Origin: Paragordius varius
Lineage: Eukaryota; Animalia; Nematomorpha
DNA length: 64,000 nucleotides
Direction of reading: 5' to 3'
NCBI GenBank assembly: GCA_964247055.1
Contig: OZ176054.1
Location: 3,658,001 to 3,722,000 of the forward strand
Under the pieces are notes generated by a model. That model did not search any database and was not told the origin of the DNA. It saw only the letters and a program-made list of their open reading frames with translations. Position numbers and translations under genes: made by a program. Shown here one piece after another: positions 63,310-64,000 of the stretch; the stretch's first letter is position 1, and every line of letters starts with the position of its first letter.

Positions 63310-64000
63310 TTTATCACTTTGATAAAACACATTTCAGTCCTCCGATTCAAATTGAGATCTATAAGGAACCCAGGCTTGTTAAAAATCAAATATTAACACT
63401 TGGATACAACACATTCATTTTAGTCCTTCGATTCAAATTGAGGTAGTTAAACCCAGGCCTATTTAAAATTAAATTCTTTAAAAATATGGAAGGAATCCAA
63501 ACCATGGCAAAATTTCTACTTATATAACATTGATATACCGAAATATATAAAAGATTTTATTCAAAAATACTTGTTATTACTTATTTTCAGCTAAAACCGA
63601 ATTCAGTCAACGTAGTGATTAGTAAAATTATTACCTTTAATTTTACCTTTAAAATTAAATGAATACAATATTTTTCAAAAATTTTGTAAAATAAAAATGG
63701 GGTCGAAGTAGTTTGACATGGAACTTTTATTCAGATATTTTGGCATATTTATATAATTTTTATTAGGATAGAAGCATAAATTTCAATTGGGACCGTTTCA
63801 CTCAAGAGCTTTTTAAAAATCCTAACTCAAATTTAGTTTGGGGTATTTAGATACCCCAATTTAAACGGAAGTGTTAATATAAATGAAATCCATTGCAAAA
63901 GTTTGCACTTCTGCACCAAAATATAAAAAAATATTGATTTAATAAACCTTGATATTACTGAAATAAAGAAAAACCTGAAGGTAAAAATTTAGTCAATATG
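63310..64000. mobile_element. Cluster of TTAA-flanked MITE copies (one complete at 63397-63873, partial copies on both sides)
   Basis: 63397-63873 is co-linear with 9521-10102 and has TTAA flanks. 63320-63392 repeats the left end, and ~63890-64000 repeats an internal segment (ccat.gcaaaa.tttgcactt...aaggtaaaaatttagtcaa). Confidence 0.7.

Noticed and set aside
229-63446. Many 60-110-aa ORFs in the track (e.g. 229..489, 3446..3667, 6542..6841, 27960..28211, 34908..35201, 51503..51739, 60160..60432)
   Set aside because: They are antisense shadows of real exons or Ile/Phe/Leu/Tyr-rich chance ORFs in AT-rich introns and MITEs, with no splice or motif support.
1-64000. Ciliate origin or a non-standard genetic code (tiny introns plus high AT)
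   Set aside because: TAA and TGA terminate the genes, long exons are open under the standard code, and lin-28 with animal-type intron positions points to a metazoan.

Overview
Very AT-rich eukaryotic genomic DNA from an animal, read with the standard genetic code and containing GT-AG spliceosomal introns. A Drosophila/C. elegans-like LIN-28 knuckle suggests a protostome; the species cannot be identified from the sequence alone. The ORF track hides most genes because exons are broken by extremely short introns. Hand-splicing gives ten gene models plus one unassigned ORF: the 3' part of an uncharacterised gene, a secreted CPxG(Y/F)YCP-repeat protein, lin-28, CCZ1, a large uncharacterised minus-strand gene, DHCR7, WBP2, DMC1, a trypsin-family protease and IP6K. 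The main discovery is a class of 18 micro-introns of 22-34 nt, nine of them in DMC1. They sit in the same genes as kb-sized, transposon-filled introns, and all eight with lengths divisible by 3 carry an in-frame stop codon. The long introns hold mariner relics, hAT MITEs with 8-bp target-site duplications (TSDs), TTAA-flanked MITEs, Helitron-like elements, a 1.1-kb fold-back inside lin-28 and a three-level nested insertion inside CCZ1. DHCR7 is intron-poor and is a candidate for horizontal transfer or retroposition. Exon coordinates were derived by hand and reference-protein comparisons are from memory, not database searches; no RNA evidence was available.
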